Shown: positions 19,667 through 29,242 of the stretch, in pieces
Position numbering within the stretch: the stretch's first letter is position 1
How the letters are laid out: each line of letters begins with the position of its first letter
From: Candidatus Eiseniibacteriota bacterium
GTDB taxonomy: Bacteria > Eisenbacteria > RBG-16-71-46
Assembly: GCA_963717505.1 (NCBI GenBank)
Contig: OY970342.1
Coordinates: 128,001-192,000, forward strand
Reading direction: 5' to 3'
Length of the DNA: 64,000 nt
Position numbers and translations under genes: made by a program
Notes under the pieces: model-generated
What the model saw: the letters and a program-made list of their open reading frames with translations, nothing else
What the model was told of the DNA's origin: nothing
Databases searched by the model: none

Positions 19667-20478
19667 CCAAGGAAGTGCAATCGAAGCGCACGCTCGAGAT
19701 GCACGTCGACGTGGAGGCGCCGATCGAGGCGGCGTGGAAGGCGCTGACCGAAGCGGAGGGCCTCGCGAACTGGTTCTCCCCCATCGCGAAGGTCTCGCGT
19801 CCCGGACTGAACAGTGAGGTCACTGTCGCCTGGAGCGAGGAAATGTCTTCGACGGCGCGTGTCGGCGCGTGGGAGCCCAACCGCCGCGTGCAATGGATCA
19901 ACGAGGGCATGATGGGGCCGGGCACGACGCTCGCCATGGATTTCCACCTCGAGGCTGCCGGCGGCAAGACCCGCATCCGGCTCGTCCAGTCGGGCTTCGG
20001 CGAGTTCGAGGGCTGGGACGACTTCTTCGAGGGGACCGAGACCGGCTGGGTGTACTTCCTCTACAACCTGCGCCTCTACCTCGAAACCCATCTGGGCCGG
20101 ACGCGGCGCATGATTTCGGAGCGGTTCCCGGTGAAGGCGTCCCGTGACGTCGCCTGGAAGCACATCGCATCGGCCGTGACGGGCATGGCGCCCCCGGACG
20201 TGAACCGGCTCGCGGCAGGAGATCGCGTCCGAGTCGCCTTGGACGGCGGCCCCACGGCAAATGGCGTGGTCGAAGTGGCCGTAGCGGGCAAGGCGCTCGC
20301 GATCCGGTTGCCCGACCTCACGGATTCCCTGCTCTTCATCGAGCTGGAGGGCGGTCCTCCGGAGTCGTTCCACACCGGCTTGTGGCTGTCGGTCTACGAC
20401 GCCGTTCGCGCGAAGGAACTCAAAGCGCCCGCGAAACGGACGTTCATTCGCATCCACGAGTCGATGCCGGCGAAATAG
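19663..20478 (+). CDS. SRPBCC/AHSA1 domain protein
   Basis: APIEAAWKALT..GLANWF, TRIRLVQSGF, GW..FLYNLRLYLE; ATGA-coupled to regulator. Confidence 0.85.
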   Translation: MTKEVQSKRTLEMHVDVEAPIEAAWKALTEAEGLANWFSPIAKVSRPGLNSEVTVAWSEEMSSTARVGAWEPNRRVQWINEGMMGPGTTLAMDFHLEAAGGKTRIRLVQSGFGEFEGWDDFFEGTETGWVYFLYNLRLYLETHLGRTRRMISERFPVKASRDVAWKHIASAVTGMAPPDVNRLAAGDRVRVALDGGPTANGVVEVAVAGKALAIRLPDLTDSLLFIELEGGPPESFHTGLWLSVYDAVRAKELKAPAKRTFIRIHESMPAK

Positions 20479-20502
20479 CGGCGCCTGCTGGATCAGATGT
20501 GC

Positions 20503-21468
20503 TCACGGGCCAATGAGACGCGTCAGCACCGGATAGGTGATGGATGGGTTCCCGCCCACCTGTTCGGGATCGACGACATCGTGGTTGAGTCCAAGCTCGG
20601 CCGGGAACTCGTAGGTCACCAAGTCACGGATTCCGTGGCGGCGCCAAGCGCTTACTGCTTCTGCGCACAGCCCATTGTCTACCGCCAGATCACCGCCGAC
20701 GGTCACCATCGCGAGAGAGCGGCAGCCCGGAGCGGCTCTCAACGCGCCCTCGCGGGTCCACCAGCCAAGTCTCAGAGTGGCCGCCACCGAGCGCGTCGAG
20801 AACCGAGGATAGACGTGCGTGGGTCCGGGCAACTCCTGCTTGCGGCGCGAATCCCACCAGATGAACCGATTGGGGAGAGCCCCGGTCAGCCGTGCCACCA
20901 CCGGGGTCCAGTGACCAGGCGCCCGCGCAACACCCAGCATCGGAGCGATCATCACCGCGCGATCGACGTCGGGGCGTTCCTGCGCGGCCCATGCCGCAAG
21001 GGTGCCGCCCACCGAGAGTCCCGTCACGGTTACGCTGTCGCCGAGTCCCTGCGCCGCGTCCACCACGCGATCCACGAAGGCCCGCAACTCCACGGCATCA
21101 GCGCGACCGAGTTCCTCGGTCATGCGGTCGGCGAAGCCATGACGGGGGAGGCGCGGAATCAACACGTTGGCGCCACGCGTGAACGACATTCGCCCCAGCG
21201 AATCGAATTGAGCGGGACAGTTGGTGAGGCCGTGCAGGAGGACGACGACATGCCGCGTCGGCCCCCCGTGTGTCAGCAGCCGTGTGCCACACTCGCGTGC
21301 GATGGCCGGTGAGTCCTGGGCACGCAGTGAATCCACCAGTCGCAGCGCTTCGGCATAGTTGGTGGTTGGATGCGGATCGGACTCGAGCCCACCGCGCGGC
21401 AGCGGGCTGACGAGCCATGCAACGATGAGGACCAGCATAACGAGTGCGGTTCCAAGGATTCGTCGCAT
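20503..21468 (-). CDS. Alpha/beta-fold hydrolase (carboxylesterase-like)
   Basis: LLHGLT, PRHG, GLSVGG nucleophile, D and NH catalytic candidates; N-terminal anchor. Confidence 0.85.
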   Translation of the reverse strand: MRRILGTALVMLVLIVAWLVSPLPRGGLESDPHPTTNYAEALRLVDSLRAQDSPAIARECGTRLLTHGGPTRHVVVLLHGLTNCPAQFDSLGRMSFTRGANVLIPRLPRHGFADRMTEELGRADAVELRAFVDRVVDAAQGLGDSVTVTGLSVGGTLAAWAAQERPDVDRAVMIAPMLGVARAPGHWTPVVARLTGALPNRFIWWDSRRKQELPGPTHVYPRFSTRSVAATLRLGWWTREGALRAAPGCRSLAMVTVGGDLAVDNGLCAEAVSAWRRHGIRDLVTYEFPAELGLNHDVVDPEQVGGNPSITYPVLTRLIGP

Positions 21469-21556
21469 GGGTCACGACTATAGTCGAGGCTTCTGGATAC
21501 GTTTCGGCGCTTCCACCCGGTCAGCCGCGGCCCGGCACCGATGGCAGCGGACGGGA

Positions 21557-22102
21557 TCAGACCCGTCCGTGCGTGGCCCTTCCGATCGCCCCCGCCACTA
21601 TCTTCCCGCTCATCGTCATGTACATCACGTCCTCCGTCACCGACAACTCGAACGCCGTCCGCCGCTCCAGTTGCGCGTACAGGGTCGCCAGCGGAGCGCC
21701 GGCGATCCCCAAGAGCTCTAGCGACTCCGCGCGGTGGATGCGCGCGCCGGCGAGCGACGCCCAGTAGCGTTCGACGTCGCGATGCGTGTAGACGGCGACT
21801 CGCGGTGCCAGCTTGCCGGCCCGATGGAGCCGCGCCGCGTCCGGCGCTCCGACCTCGATCCACGCCTTGAGCGTGCCCGTCAGGTCTCGCACCTCGAGGG
21901 CAGGCTGGTCGGCATCGGCGAGCCCCTTGGAGAACGCCAGCCCCTCCTGCAACTCCAGGCAGTACGCGAGCACACGCGCGCACATGAACTCCTCGCTCTC
22001 GGACGGGTGCCGCGCGACGCGCAGATCGAGCGTCTCGTAGACGCCGCGGTCCACGTGCGAGAGCTGCACGGTGAACTGGTGAACCGTGGAGCTGAGCGCC
22101 AA
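21557..22102 (-). CDS. yaeQ: YaeQ family protein
   Basis: TTG start MALSSTVHQF; VARHPSES, RVLAYCL, AWIEVGAPDAARLHRA. Confidence 0.9.
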   Translation of the reverse strand: MALSSTVHQFTVQLSHVDRGVYETLDLRVARHPSESEEFMCARVLAYCLELQEGLAFSKGLADADQPALEVRDLTGTLKAWIEVGAPDAARLHRAGKLAPRVAVYTHRDVERYWASLAGARIHRAESLELLGIAGAPLATLYAQLERRTAFELSVTEDVMYMTMSGKIVAGAIGRATHGRV

Positions 22103-22251
22103 TTTGGCCTCGGAATCAATTCGGGTGAGCGCTTGAGTCAGCCGGCCTGCCGCATCGTCAGACGCGCGCAGACCACACGCGCTTCGATGCAAGGTCAGTG
22201 ATTCTGCCATAGTCGCCAGTCCGATCTCCCAAAGAGGCCCTTCGCTCGCCC

Positions 22252-24052
22252 ATGACATTGTTGAGCCTCAACGACATCAGCCTCACCTTCACCGGGCCGG
22301 CGCTTCTGGACTCGGTGAGTCTCCAGATCGACGACGGCGAGCGGCTCGGGCTCGTCGGTCGCAACGGGGCGGGCAAGTCGACGTTGCTGAAGATCCTCGA
22401 GGGCACTCTGGCGCCGGACTCGGGCAACGTGGCGCGACAACCGCGGCTGCGCATCGCGAGCCTCCGGCAGGACGTTCCTCCCGATCTCGCGGGTTCGGTG
22501 CGGGCCTACCTGCACGTGGCCTGCGGAGCAGCGACCAGTGACCAATCCTGGGCCATCGAGACGCGCATCGATCAAGCGGCACACGACCTGACGCTGGACC
22601 TGGACGCGGCGATCGAGTCGCTTTCCGCCGGATCGAAGCGTCGCGTCCTGCTGGCGGCGGCGCTGGTGCGTGATCCGGACCTGCTGATCCTGGACGAGCC
22701 GACCAACCATCTCGACATCGACGCCATCCGACACCTCGAGGACGCGCTGCAGCGCCGGCGCGGCGCGCTGGTGTTCGTCACCCACGACCGCAGCTTCCTC
22801 CGCACCCTCGCCACCCGCATCCTCGATCTCGACCGCGGCGCGATCCGCAGCTACCGCTGCTCCTACGATGCCTATGTCGAGCAGCGCGAGGAAACGCTGC
22901 GCGTCGAGGCCGAACAGGCCAAGCTGTTCGACAAGAAACTGGCGCAGGAAGAGGCGTGGGTGCGACGCGGGATCAAGGCGCGTCGCACGCGGAACGAGGG
23001 CCGCGTCCGCGCACTCGAGGCGTTGCGTCTGGAACGCGGCGCCCGCCGGGACGAGACGGCGCGCGTCAAGGCGCAGCTGGTGGAGGCGGACCGCTCCGGG
23101 CGCATCGTGCTGCGCTGCCAGAACGTCACCTACGGGTACGCGGACGCGCCGATCGTGCGCGACCTCACGACGACGATCCTGCGCGGCGATCGCATCGGCA
23201 TCATGGGCCCGAACGGCTGCGGCAAGACGACGCTGATCGGGTTGCTCCTCGGCGAGATCGTCCCGCAGCAGGGCACGGTGACTGCGGGCACCAAGCTCGA
23301 GGTCGCGCACTTCGAGCAACTTCACGACATGCTCGACGACACGAAGTCCGTGATCGAGAACGTCGCCGAGGGTCGCGACATGATCGCGGTCGGCAGCGGC
23401 GAGCGCCACGTGGTCGGCTACCTGCGTGACTTCCTGTTCACGCCGGAGCAGATGCAGGGCGCGGTGACGCGACTCTCCGGGGGCGAGCGCCGGCGGCTCC
23501 AGCTCGCCAAGATCCTCTCCCGCCCCTGCAACATGCTGGTGCTGGACGAACCGACCAACGACCTGGATCTCGAGACACTCGAGCTGATCGAGGAGATGCT
23601 GCTCGAGTTCCAGGGCACGTTGCTCTTGGTGTCACACGACCGTGCGTTCATCGACAACGTGGTCACCTCGACGATCGTATGCGAGGGCCCGGGCGAGTGG
23701 AACGAGTACGTCGGCGGCTACGAGGACTGGCTGAGACAGCGTAAGCCGGAGGTGGCCTTGACTCCGGTGACGAAACCGACCCGGCCGGGCGCCGAGCGCG
23801 AGAGAACACGACCGCGGCGGATTGGCTTCAAGGAGAAGCGCGAGCTAGGGCGAGCTACCGGGGCGAATCGAGGCGTTGGAGGCCGAGAAGCAGCGCCTTT
23901 ACACGCTGATGTCTTCTTCGAGCTTCTATGCCTTGCGTGGAGATGAGATCGCGCAAGGGAAACAGCAGCTCGCGGCACTGGAAGCCGCGCTGCAGACGGC
24001 CTACGCGCGCTGGGTGGAGCTGGAGACATTGGCGACAAGCGGCGAAGGATGA
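22252..24052 (+). CDS. uup: ABC-F family ATPase Uup, +1 frameshift at 23848-23850
   Basis: Two ABC domains (GRNGAGKST, DEPTNHLD; GPNGCGKTT, LSGGE, DEPTNDLD), WVRRGIKARRTRNEGRVRAL linker. Removing one G restores the C-terminal coiled coil ELPGRIEALE...YARWVELE...-stop 24052. Confidence 0.88.
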
Positions 24053-24167
24053 GGCCGCGGTCCCCGATCCCAGCTAAACTGACAACACATCTCGATCGGG
24101 GCCGACATTCGCCGCCTGGCGCTGCGGTGACGGGCCACCTGGCCGGCGTGTCGACTTGCTGGCTGGC

Positions 24168-24782
24168 TCATCGACGGCGCATGACCCATGTCGTCATGCA
24201 ACGCTGATCCTGGACGACGGTCGTCTTCAGTGGATCGAGCAGCTCGCCGCCCAGCGCCTCGGTCCTGGCGAGCAGGAACGCTTCGTCCACGAGATACCGC
24301 TCGCTGCCGTCCGGCAGCCGGTGGCGCCGTCCCGCGACCGGTCGCACGCGGTTCTCCATGCCGATCGAGGAGGCGAGCCGCGAGAAGAAAACCCCGCCCG
24401 GCCGTAGCATGCGCCACGATCCGCTCAACATGGCCATGAAGTGGGCGTCATCGCGCGCGAAGTGAAGTACCGCGCTGCTGAGGACGGCATCCATCGACGC
24501 GGGCGCGAAGGACATCGCCTCGACCGGCTCCACGCGAAAGTTGTCGGCCGGCAGCCGCGGTGCGAGCTCGGCCCCCATCCCACGCACGTGCTCGATGGCC
24601 GCCGGATCGTCGTCCGCGCCGAACACCTCGAAGCCCGAGCGCATCAGGTGCACCAGGTTGCGCCCCTGTCCACAACCGGCGTCGAGCACGCGCATCGGCG
24701 GCGCGATGCGTCCGCGCAGCAGCTGGTCGAACAGGTAGATGTCGATCGGCCCGAACTGCCGGACGAGGTCGAGCAAAGTCAC
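24168..24782 (-). CDS. Class I SAM-dependent methyltransferase
   Basis: VLDAGCGQGRN motif I, SAVLHFA, LRPGG. Confidence 0.9.
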   Translation of the reverse strand: MTLLDLVRQFGPIDIYLFDQLLRGRIAPPMRVLDAGCGQGRNLVHLMRSGFEVFGADDDPAAIEHVRGMGAELAPRLPADNFRVEPVEAMSFAPASMDAVLSSAVLHFARDDAHFMAMLSGSWRMLRPGGVFFSRLASSIGMENRVRPVAGRRHRLPDGSERYLVDEAFLLARTEALGGELLDPLKTTVVQDQRCMTTWVMRRR

Positions 24783-24885
24783 ACGCGAGAGATTGCGTCG
24801 GTCGCGAGCACGACGTCCGAGTCGGTGCGGAGCAGCCGCTCACCCAGCCGCTGCGGTGCTTCGCCATGATTGCCGCGCCCCAAGG

Positions 24886-26448
24886 CTACTTCCCTCCCGC
24901 ATGCGACTCCGACATCGTTCGCATCACTTCATCGAGGTTGAAGCTCGCGGGCTTCTGGCGCGGGGGAAACTCCTTGAAGCTTGCCAGCCACTGGGCGGCG
25001 AACGCCTGCATCGGGACCTGGATGAATACGCGGCGGACCTGCCAGTCGGCGTAGTAAATGCTCGTCGGGCCCCGCTCGAAGGGGTCGGCCTTCAGGTTGT
25101 ACAGGTTCGGCACGCGCAGTTTCGTGAACTGGCCCTGCCAGACGCCGACGGGCATCTCGGCCGAAATCTCGGTGTGCTGCTCGAGGAACGTGGCCTTCCA
25201 CTGGTTGTAGCGGATGGCCATCAGGTCACCGTCGTCGCTCCAGTAGATGAACTCCTTTCGCGGCGACTCCTTCACTTCGCCTCTCAGGAATGGCATCAAG
25301 TTGTATCCGTCGAGGTGGACCTTGAAAGTCTTGCCGCTGGCACGGTAGCCCTTCTTGACCTTGGCGACGAGGTCGGGCTCGCCGGCGGCGGCGGCAAAGG
25401 TGGGGATCAAGTCCTCGTGGGCGCAGATGTCGTTGATCACCTGCCCGGGCTTGATGACGCCGGGCCAGCGGATGCACGTCGGCACTCGGAAGCCGCCTTC
25501 CCAGTTGGTCGCCTTCTCGCCGCGGAACGGAGTGGCCCCGCCATCTGGGAAGGTGAAGACTTCCGCCCCGTTGTCGGTGGTGTAAATGACGATGGTGTTG
25601 TCGGCAATGCCGAGGTCGTCGAGCTTCTTGAGCAATTGGCCGACCATGTCGTCGTGCTCGACCATGCCGTCGGGGTAGAGGCCCACGCCGGTCTTGCCAT
25701 CGCTCGCCGGCTTGAGATGCGTGAAGACGTGCATGCGCGTCGAGTTGAAGTAGCAGAGAAACGGCTTCTTGGCCCGGTGCTGGCGGTCCATGAAGTCCAG
25801 CGCGGCGGCGAGGAACTCTTCATCCACGGTCTCCATGCGCTTCTTGGTCAGCGGGCCGGTGTCTTCGATGGTCTGTCCGCCCTTGCCGTCGCTCTTGCAC
25901 TTGAGCACACCGCGCGGGCCGAAGCGCTTCTTGAAGTTCGGGTCCTTCGGGTAGTCGGGGTTCTCGGGTTCTTCCTCGGCGTTGAGGTGATAGAGGTTGC
26001 CGAAGAACTCGTCGAAACCGTGAGCGGTGGGAAGGAACGCGTCCTTGTCGCCCAGGTGGTTCTTGCCGAACTGCCCGGTGGCGTAGCCCAGTTGCTTCAT
26101 GAAGTCGGCGACGCTCGGATCCTCGGCGCGCAGCCCCACATCGGCGCCCGGCAGTCCGACCTTGGTCAGGCCGGTGCGGATCGGCGATTGCCCCGTGACG
26201 AACGCGGCGCGCCCGGCGGTGCAAGACTGCTGCCCATACCAGTCGGTGAACCTCGCGCCCTCGGCTGCGATGCGATCGATGTTCGGTGTGCGGTAGCCCA
26301 TGATCCCGCTGTTGTAGCAGCTCGGGTTGAACCACCCGATATCGTCACCCATGATCACGAGGATGTTGGGCTTGGCCTGCTGCGCGAAGGCCGAAGTGCT
26401 GGAGAACAGCACCACAGTTAGAAACACGAACGACATGAGCCGTTTCAT
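24886..26448 (-). CDS. Arylsulfatase (formylglycine-dependent)
   Basis: PNILVIMGDDIG, SCTAGRAA (CxAxR), GKNHLG, TTDNG, GEK; signal peptide; AAGGAG RBS. Confidence 0.93.
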   Translation of the reverse strand: MKRLMSFVFLTVVLFSSTSAFAQQAKPNILVIMGDDIGWFNPSCYNSGIMGYRTPNIDRIAAEGARFTDWYGQQSCTAGRAAFVTGQSPIRTGLTKVGLPGADVGLRAEDPSVADFMKQLGYATGQFGKNHLGDKDAFLPTAHGFDEFFGNLYHLNAEEEPENPDYPKDPNFKKRFGPRGVLKCKSDGKGGQTIEDTGPLTKKRMETVDEEFLAAALDFMDRQHRAKKPFLCYFNSTRMHVFTHLKPASDGKTGVGLYPDGMVEHDDMVGQLLKKLDDLGIADNTIVIYTTDNGAEVFTFPDGGATPFRGEKATNWEGGFRVPTCIRWPGVIKPGQVINDICAHEDLIPTFAAAAGEPDLVAKVKKGYRASGKTFKVHLDGYNLMPFLRGEVKESPRKEFIYWSDDGDLMAIRYNQWKATFLEQHTEISAEMPVGVWQGQFTKLRVPNLYNLKADPFERGPTSIYYADWQVRRVFIQVPMQAFAAQWLASFKEFPPRQKPASFNLDEVMRTMSESHAGGK

Positions 26449-26663
26449 GGGTCTCCTTTCAAGATCCTCGACGCTTGGCCGAGCGGGGTCTGAGGATTGG
26501 GCAGCGGAGTCCGTGAAGAAAAGCACCGCCCGGCTGGCATCGCAAGATCTACTCAGATCTGACCGGACGCCCTCCCCGCTACCGTCTCGCTCGACCAGCT
26601 GCGAGTTCGCGCGCTCTCGGCCGACGCACCAGCGCCCGTCAGAAGCTAACGCCCGCCGCCCCC

Positions 26664-26711
26664 TTGCATGCTGTCGGTCCGTATGCAATACTGAACTACA
26701 TGGTTCAGTAT
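26664..26711 (+). promoter_or_regulatory. Promoter and palindromic ArsR operator
   Basis: TTGCAT-N17-AATACT-N7-ATG; inverted repeat ATACTGAAC-N6-GTTCAGTAT (26688-26711) spans the -10 box and start codon. Confidence 0.7.
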
Positions 26712-27065
26712 GCGCGGGCCCGCCTCGATGCCTCGTTCGCCGCGCTCTCGGATGCCACTCGACGCGGCGTTCTGGAGCAGCTCGGGCGTTCCGACGCTTC
26801 GATCACGGACCTTGCCGAGAAGTTCCACATGACCCTCACGGGCATGAAGAAGCACGTCGGACTCTTGGAGCGGGCCGGGCTCGTCACTACGGAGAAGGTC
26901 GGTCGCGTGCGGACCTGCAAGCTCGGCACGCGCCGATTCGAGAAAGAGGCGGCATGGCTCGAGAGGTACCACCAAGTCTGGGACTCAAGGTTCGACGAAT
27001 TGGACAAGGTTGTCGAAGAACTGAAACGGAAGGAGAACATCGATGGACACAAGAAGAGAGAGTGA
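26700..27065 (+). CDS. ArsR/SmtB family regulator
   Basis: LDASFAALSDATRRGVL, KKHVGLLERAGLV, GRVRTC. Confidence 0.92.
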   Translation: MVQYARARLDASFAALSDATRRGVLEQLGRSDASITDLAEKFHMTLTGMKKHVGLLERAGLVTTEKVGRVRTCKLGTRRFEKEAAWLERYHQVWDSRFDELDKVVEELKRKENIDGHKKRE

Positions 27066-27555
27066 GCCCACCATGAAGAACCGTACGACGGTGGAACGGA
27101 AGTCCGAGCGTGAGCTGGTCGTCACGCGAACTTTCAACGGCCCGGCGCGCCTCGTGTTCGAGGCGTGGACCAAGCCCGAGCTGTTCAGGCAGTGGTGGGT
27201 GCCGAAGTCGATGGGAATGTCCCTGCTTTCCTGCGAAATGGATGTTCGTCGGGGGGGCAGGTACCGTTTGGAGTTCGCACACGGGGACTCACCATTGGCG
27301 TTCTTCGGCACGTACAAGGAAGTAACACCGCACTCGCGCCTCGTCTGGACCAATGAGGAAAGTGACGAGGGTTCCGTCACAACGGTGACCTTCGCGGAAA
27401 AAGGCGGCAAGACGTTGCTGGTCATGCACGAGCTTTATCCCTCGAAGGAAGCTCTCGACGCCGCCGGCACCGGGGCGGCGGATGCGATGGGAGAGACGTT
27501 CGAGCAACTGGACGAGCTTCTCGTCACCCTGGGCGCGAGCGTGGGACGGTCATGA
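27043..27555 (+). CDS. SRPBCC/AHSA1 family protein
   Basis: ELVVTRTFNGPARLVFEAWTKPELFRQWW, DVRRGGRYR; AAGGAG RBS. Confidence 0.9.
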   Translation: MDTRRESEPTMKNRTTVERKSERELVVTRTFNGPARLVFEAWTKPELFRQWWVPKSMGMSLLSCEMDVRRGGRYRLEFAHGDSPLAFFGTYKEVTPHSRLVWTNEESDEGSVTTVTFAEKGGKTLLVMHELYPSKEALDAAGTGAADAMGETFEQLDELLVTLGASVGRS

Positions 27556-27688
27556 AGTTGTCGCTTTCGCGGGCGGCACGGCTCATTCGTCCCGACCTCT
27601 ATCCGGCGGGAAACGGCGCTCGCGAACCGCCGCAATGCTGCGATGGAGGTGTTGGCGCTATCCAGGGGTATCGGGACGAGGCTGGTTC

Positions 27689-29032
27689 CTAGTGAGCAAC
27701 TGCCCTACCCGCGACGGTCCCCGACGACCAGGAGAACTGGAAGTTGAATCCCCCCAACCGGCCCTCGACGTCGAGAATCTCCCCGCACAGGAACAACCCC
27801 GGCACGATCCGCGACTCGAGCGTCGACGGATTGACCTGGTCCAGCGCCACGCCTCCCGCGGTGACCTCCGCCTTCTCGTAGCCCAGCGTCCCAGTCACCG
27901 GAAGTTCGCGACCGACCACGCGTGCGATTAGCGCTGCGCGCGATTCGCGTGACACCTGTGAAACGAGCGCGGAGGCGTTTACGCTCGCCTCCGCGCACAG
28001 GGCGACGACCAATCGATCCGGCAGCCGCTCGCCCAGCCAGCGGCGCACGATCGCGCGCGGTCGCGTCTGCGCCACCGACACCCACTCGGCCGTCAAGGCT
28101 TCGACCGTGACGCCTGGCAGGAACGACGCGGTCACGCGCCGCGGCGCATCGTCCGTCAACGACGCCCGCAGCCAATGTCGCGACAGATCCAGCGCCGCGG
28201 GGCCCGAGTAGCCGAAGTGAGCGAACAGAAACGATCCGCGCACGGTCTCGCCCTTGCGCCCTCCTACCCACAGCGATAGCTCGATATCGAGCGTCAGTCC
28301 CTGAAGCAACGTGCACCACGGGTCGCTCGCGGCCAGCGGCGTCAACGCCGGAATGGTCGGGACGATCGTGTGTCCCAGCGACTGCACGAGCGAATACCCA
28401 GCGCCGTCACTCCCGGTCCGCGGGAACGACAACCCGCCGGTCGCGAGCACGACGGCATCGGCCTCGAGCCACTCTTCGGGCTCCGCATCGATCAAGGGCC
28501 ACTCCGCACGTCCGACCGCGGCCACGGGAGCAAATGCCGTGCTGTCGGCCACGCGCTGGAGCCCCAAACGAAACCCGCGCTCGATCCGCACGACGCGCGC
28601 CCCTTGGCGCAACTCCACTCCCATCCGAGCAGCCTCGCCCAGCAAGGCATCCAGCACGGTCTGTGCGTCGTCGCTCACCGGGAAGTACTTCCCCGTATCT
28701 TCGAGCTTGAGCGCCACGCCCATCGACTCGAGCCACGCACGCGACTGCTCGGGGGTGAACGCACGCAGGACGCGTACCACGAATGGCCGCGAGCCGGCGT
28801 GGTAGTCGCGCTCGCCGACCTCGCGATGGGTCACGTTGCAGCGTGTGCCCCCCGACATCAGGATCTTCAGGCCGACTCTTGGGTGGGCGTTCAGGAGCAC
28901 GACGCGCGCGCCACCCTCGGCGGCCCGAATGGCCGCGGTGAGCCCGGCGGCGCCGGCGCCGACCACGGCGACCGTCTTGCGAACAGATGTGGGTTTGATT
29001 GGCTCCGGTTCCGGTAGTTCGGTCCGTGTCAC
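27689..29032 (-). CDS. HI0933/BaiN family NAD(P)/FAD-dependent oxidoreductase
   Basis: VGAGAAG, GLKILMSGGTRCNVT, LATGGLSFPRTGSDG, VTAGGV, GEILDVEGRLGGFNFQ. Confidence 0.93.
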   Translation of the reverse strand: MTRTELPEPEPIKPTSVRKTVAVVGAGAAGLTAAIRAAEGGARVVLLNAHPRVGLKILMSGGTRCNVTHREVGERDYHAGSRPFVVRVLRAFTPEQSRAWLESMGVALKLEDTGKYFPVSDDAQTVLDALLGEAARMGVELRQGARVVRIERGFRLGLQRVADSTAFAPVAAVGRAEWPLIDAEPEEWLEADAVVLATGGLSFPRTGSDGAGYSLVQSLGHTIVPTIPALTPLAASDPWCTLLQGLTLDIELSLWVGGRKGETVRGSFLFAHFGYSGPAALDLSRHWLRASLTDDAPRRVTASFLPGVTVEALTAEWVSVAQTRPRAIVRRWLGERLPDRLVVALCAEASVNASALVSQVSRESRAALIARVVGRELPVTGTLGYEKAEVTAGGVALDQVNPSTLESRIVPGLFLCGEILDVEGRLGGFNFQFSWSSGTVAGRAVAH

Positions 29033-29054
29033 GAATGCCCGGCCACCCAAAGAT

Positions 29055-29213
29055 TCAGGTGGCCGGGCCCGGTCTCCACGTCTTCGGAACCGAATCTACT
29101 CCAACAGGGCGAGCTTGTGGACGCCGAGCACTCTTCCGTCCACCTCGAACTGCACGAAGTAGACTCCGGCCGGCAACTTGGCCCGATCGGGCGAAGAGGT
29201 CTCGAGTCTTCAT
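29055..29213 (-). CDS. Possible small basic protein (52 aa)
   Basis: GAAAGGA RBS 7 nt before ATG 29213; no recognisable family. Confidence 0.3.
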   Translation of the reverse strand: MKTRDLFARSGQVAGRSLLRAVRGGRKSARRPQARPVGVDSVPKTWRPGPAT

Positions 29214-29242
29214 GGTCCGTTCCTTTCGTTGATCGCCGTGCG

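Noticed and set aside
23840-23860. Programmed frameshift in uup
   Set aside because: No X XXY YYZ slippery heptamer; a simple G insertion explains it.
26640-26660. attC-like site (GCTAAC) near the ArsR-SRPBCC genes
   Set aside because: Does not fit RYYYAAC...GTTRRRY with a paired partner, and no integron integrase is present.
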